DNA of 64,000 nt from a virus (Duplodnaviria > Caudoviricetes). The notes below the pieces were generated by a model. It was given only the letters and a program-made list of their open reading frames with translations. It was not told the DNA's origin and did no database searches. The position numbers and the translations under genes were made by a program. This document shows positions 63,442 to 64,000 of this stretch, in pieces (position 1 is the first letter of the stretch; the number at the start of each line of letters is the position of its first letter). Location of the stretch: IMG/VR virus record IMGVR_UViG_3300045015_000053; one strand, written 5' to 3'.

Positions 63442-64000
63442 ATGTTTAGTTTCAAAGAATGGTTTGACGAGTCTCTAAAGTGGGATTACCTCGCGAGCGA
63501 AGCCGAGTTGTATCCCGAAGGGTTCCGTGATTTTGCGAACCGGATGCTCGGCCGCAAAAAGAAGCCGATGGATTTGCCAGACGACGGCACGTTGCCGATG
63601 GCTGCGTCCGAAAAGAATCCGGCCGTCTATCCGGGGATGAACAATCCCAGAGACGCAATCGCAGCCACCAAAGACAAACCGGCGGTTTACCCAGGCGTGA
63701 ACAACCGAAGGGACGCGATTGCGGCGACCAAAGACAAGCCGGCCGTGTATCCGGGTGTGAACAACCCAAGAGATCCGATTGCGGCTACGAAGAACAAGCC
63801 GGCCGTGTACCCAGGCGAGAACGACGAAAAGCTCCCGATGGGACACGAGTTGAATAGCGTTATGCACGTTTACAAGCAGGTGCAGGACGGTATCACACGG
63901 ATCTGGAAGGATGACGCTGTGAGGGCGTTGTTCAAAAACGATCCGAGCGGAACGAATCAAAAGAAGGCCGACGACTTGGTGAAGTCTTGGAACGCCTTCA
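63442..64000 (+). CDS. protein with CTS-like N-terminus and 20-aa tandem repeats (runs off the window; not in the ORF track)
   Basis: TATATA 63409-63414; AAGGGG RBS; MFSFKEWFDES; no stop to the window end. Confidence 0.7.
   Translation, partial: MFSFKEWFDESLKWDYLASEAELYPEGFRDFANRMLGRKKKPMDLPDDGTLPMAASEKNPAVYPGMNNPRDAIAATKDKPAVYPGVNNRRDAIAATKDKPAVYPGVNNPRDPIAATKNKPAVYPGENDEKLPMGHELNSVMHVYKQVQDGITRIWKDDAVRALFKNDPSGTNQKKADDLVKSWNAF
63619..63819 (+). repeat. 60-bp tandem repeat, about 3.3 copies
   Basis: PAVYPG[MV]NN[PR]RD[AP]IAATK[DN]K at 63619, 63679, 63739, partial at 63799. Confidence 0.9.

Overview
The window looks like part of a large, GC-rich (roughly 58-60% by eye) tailed-phage genome read in the standard code 11. 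It is not a cellular chromosome: it is densely coding and mostly hypothetical, and no rRNA or housekeeping operons are present. Signs of a T4-like morphogenetic program are capsid-targeting-like N-termini, a TAnATA late-promoter-like motif, an orphan GroES and BppU-like and Gly-rich virion proteins. Replication uses an intein-less split DNA polymerase III alpha. Host-takeover genes include bS21, peptide deformylase, IF3, EF-Tu, a tmRNA, a ClpP-like protease, DnaJ, an FliA-like sigma factor, SpoVR, PhoH, dUTPase, thioredoxin, a ThDP 2-oxoacid decarboxylase, an aldehyde dehydrogenase, IscA and six glycosyltransferases. The EF-Tu effector region and a GspG-motif lipoprotein suggest a Planctomycetota host (from recall, not verified). 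The RNA content is the most unusual part. There are 20 tRNA genes, in which Lys, Glu and Gln occur as both canonical and structurally deviant copies and one tRNA-Lys has a 59-nt insertion. There are also four tRNA-like elements with altered or missing anticodon arms and three unassigned highly structured non-coding regions (about 960, 365 and 325 nt). All calls come from reading motifs by eye; no database search or folding program was run.
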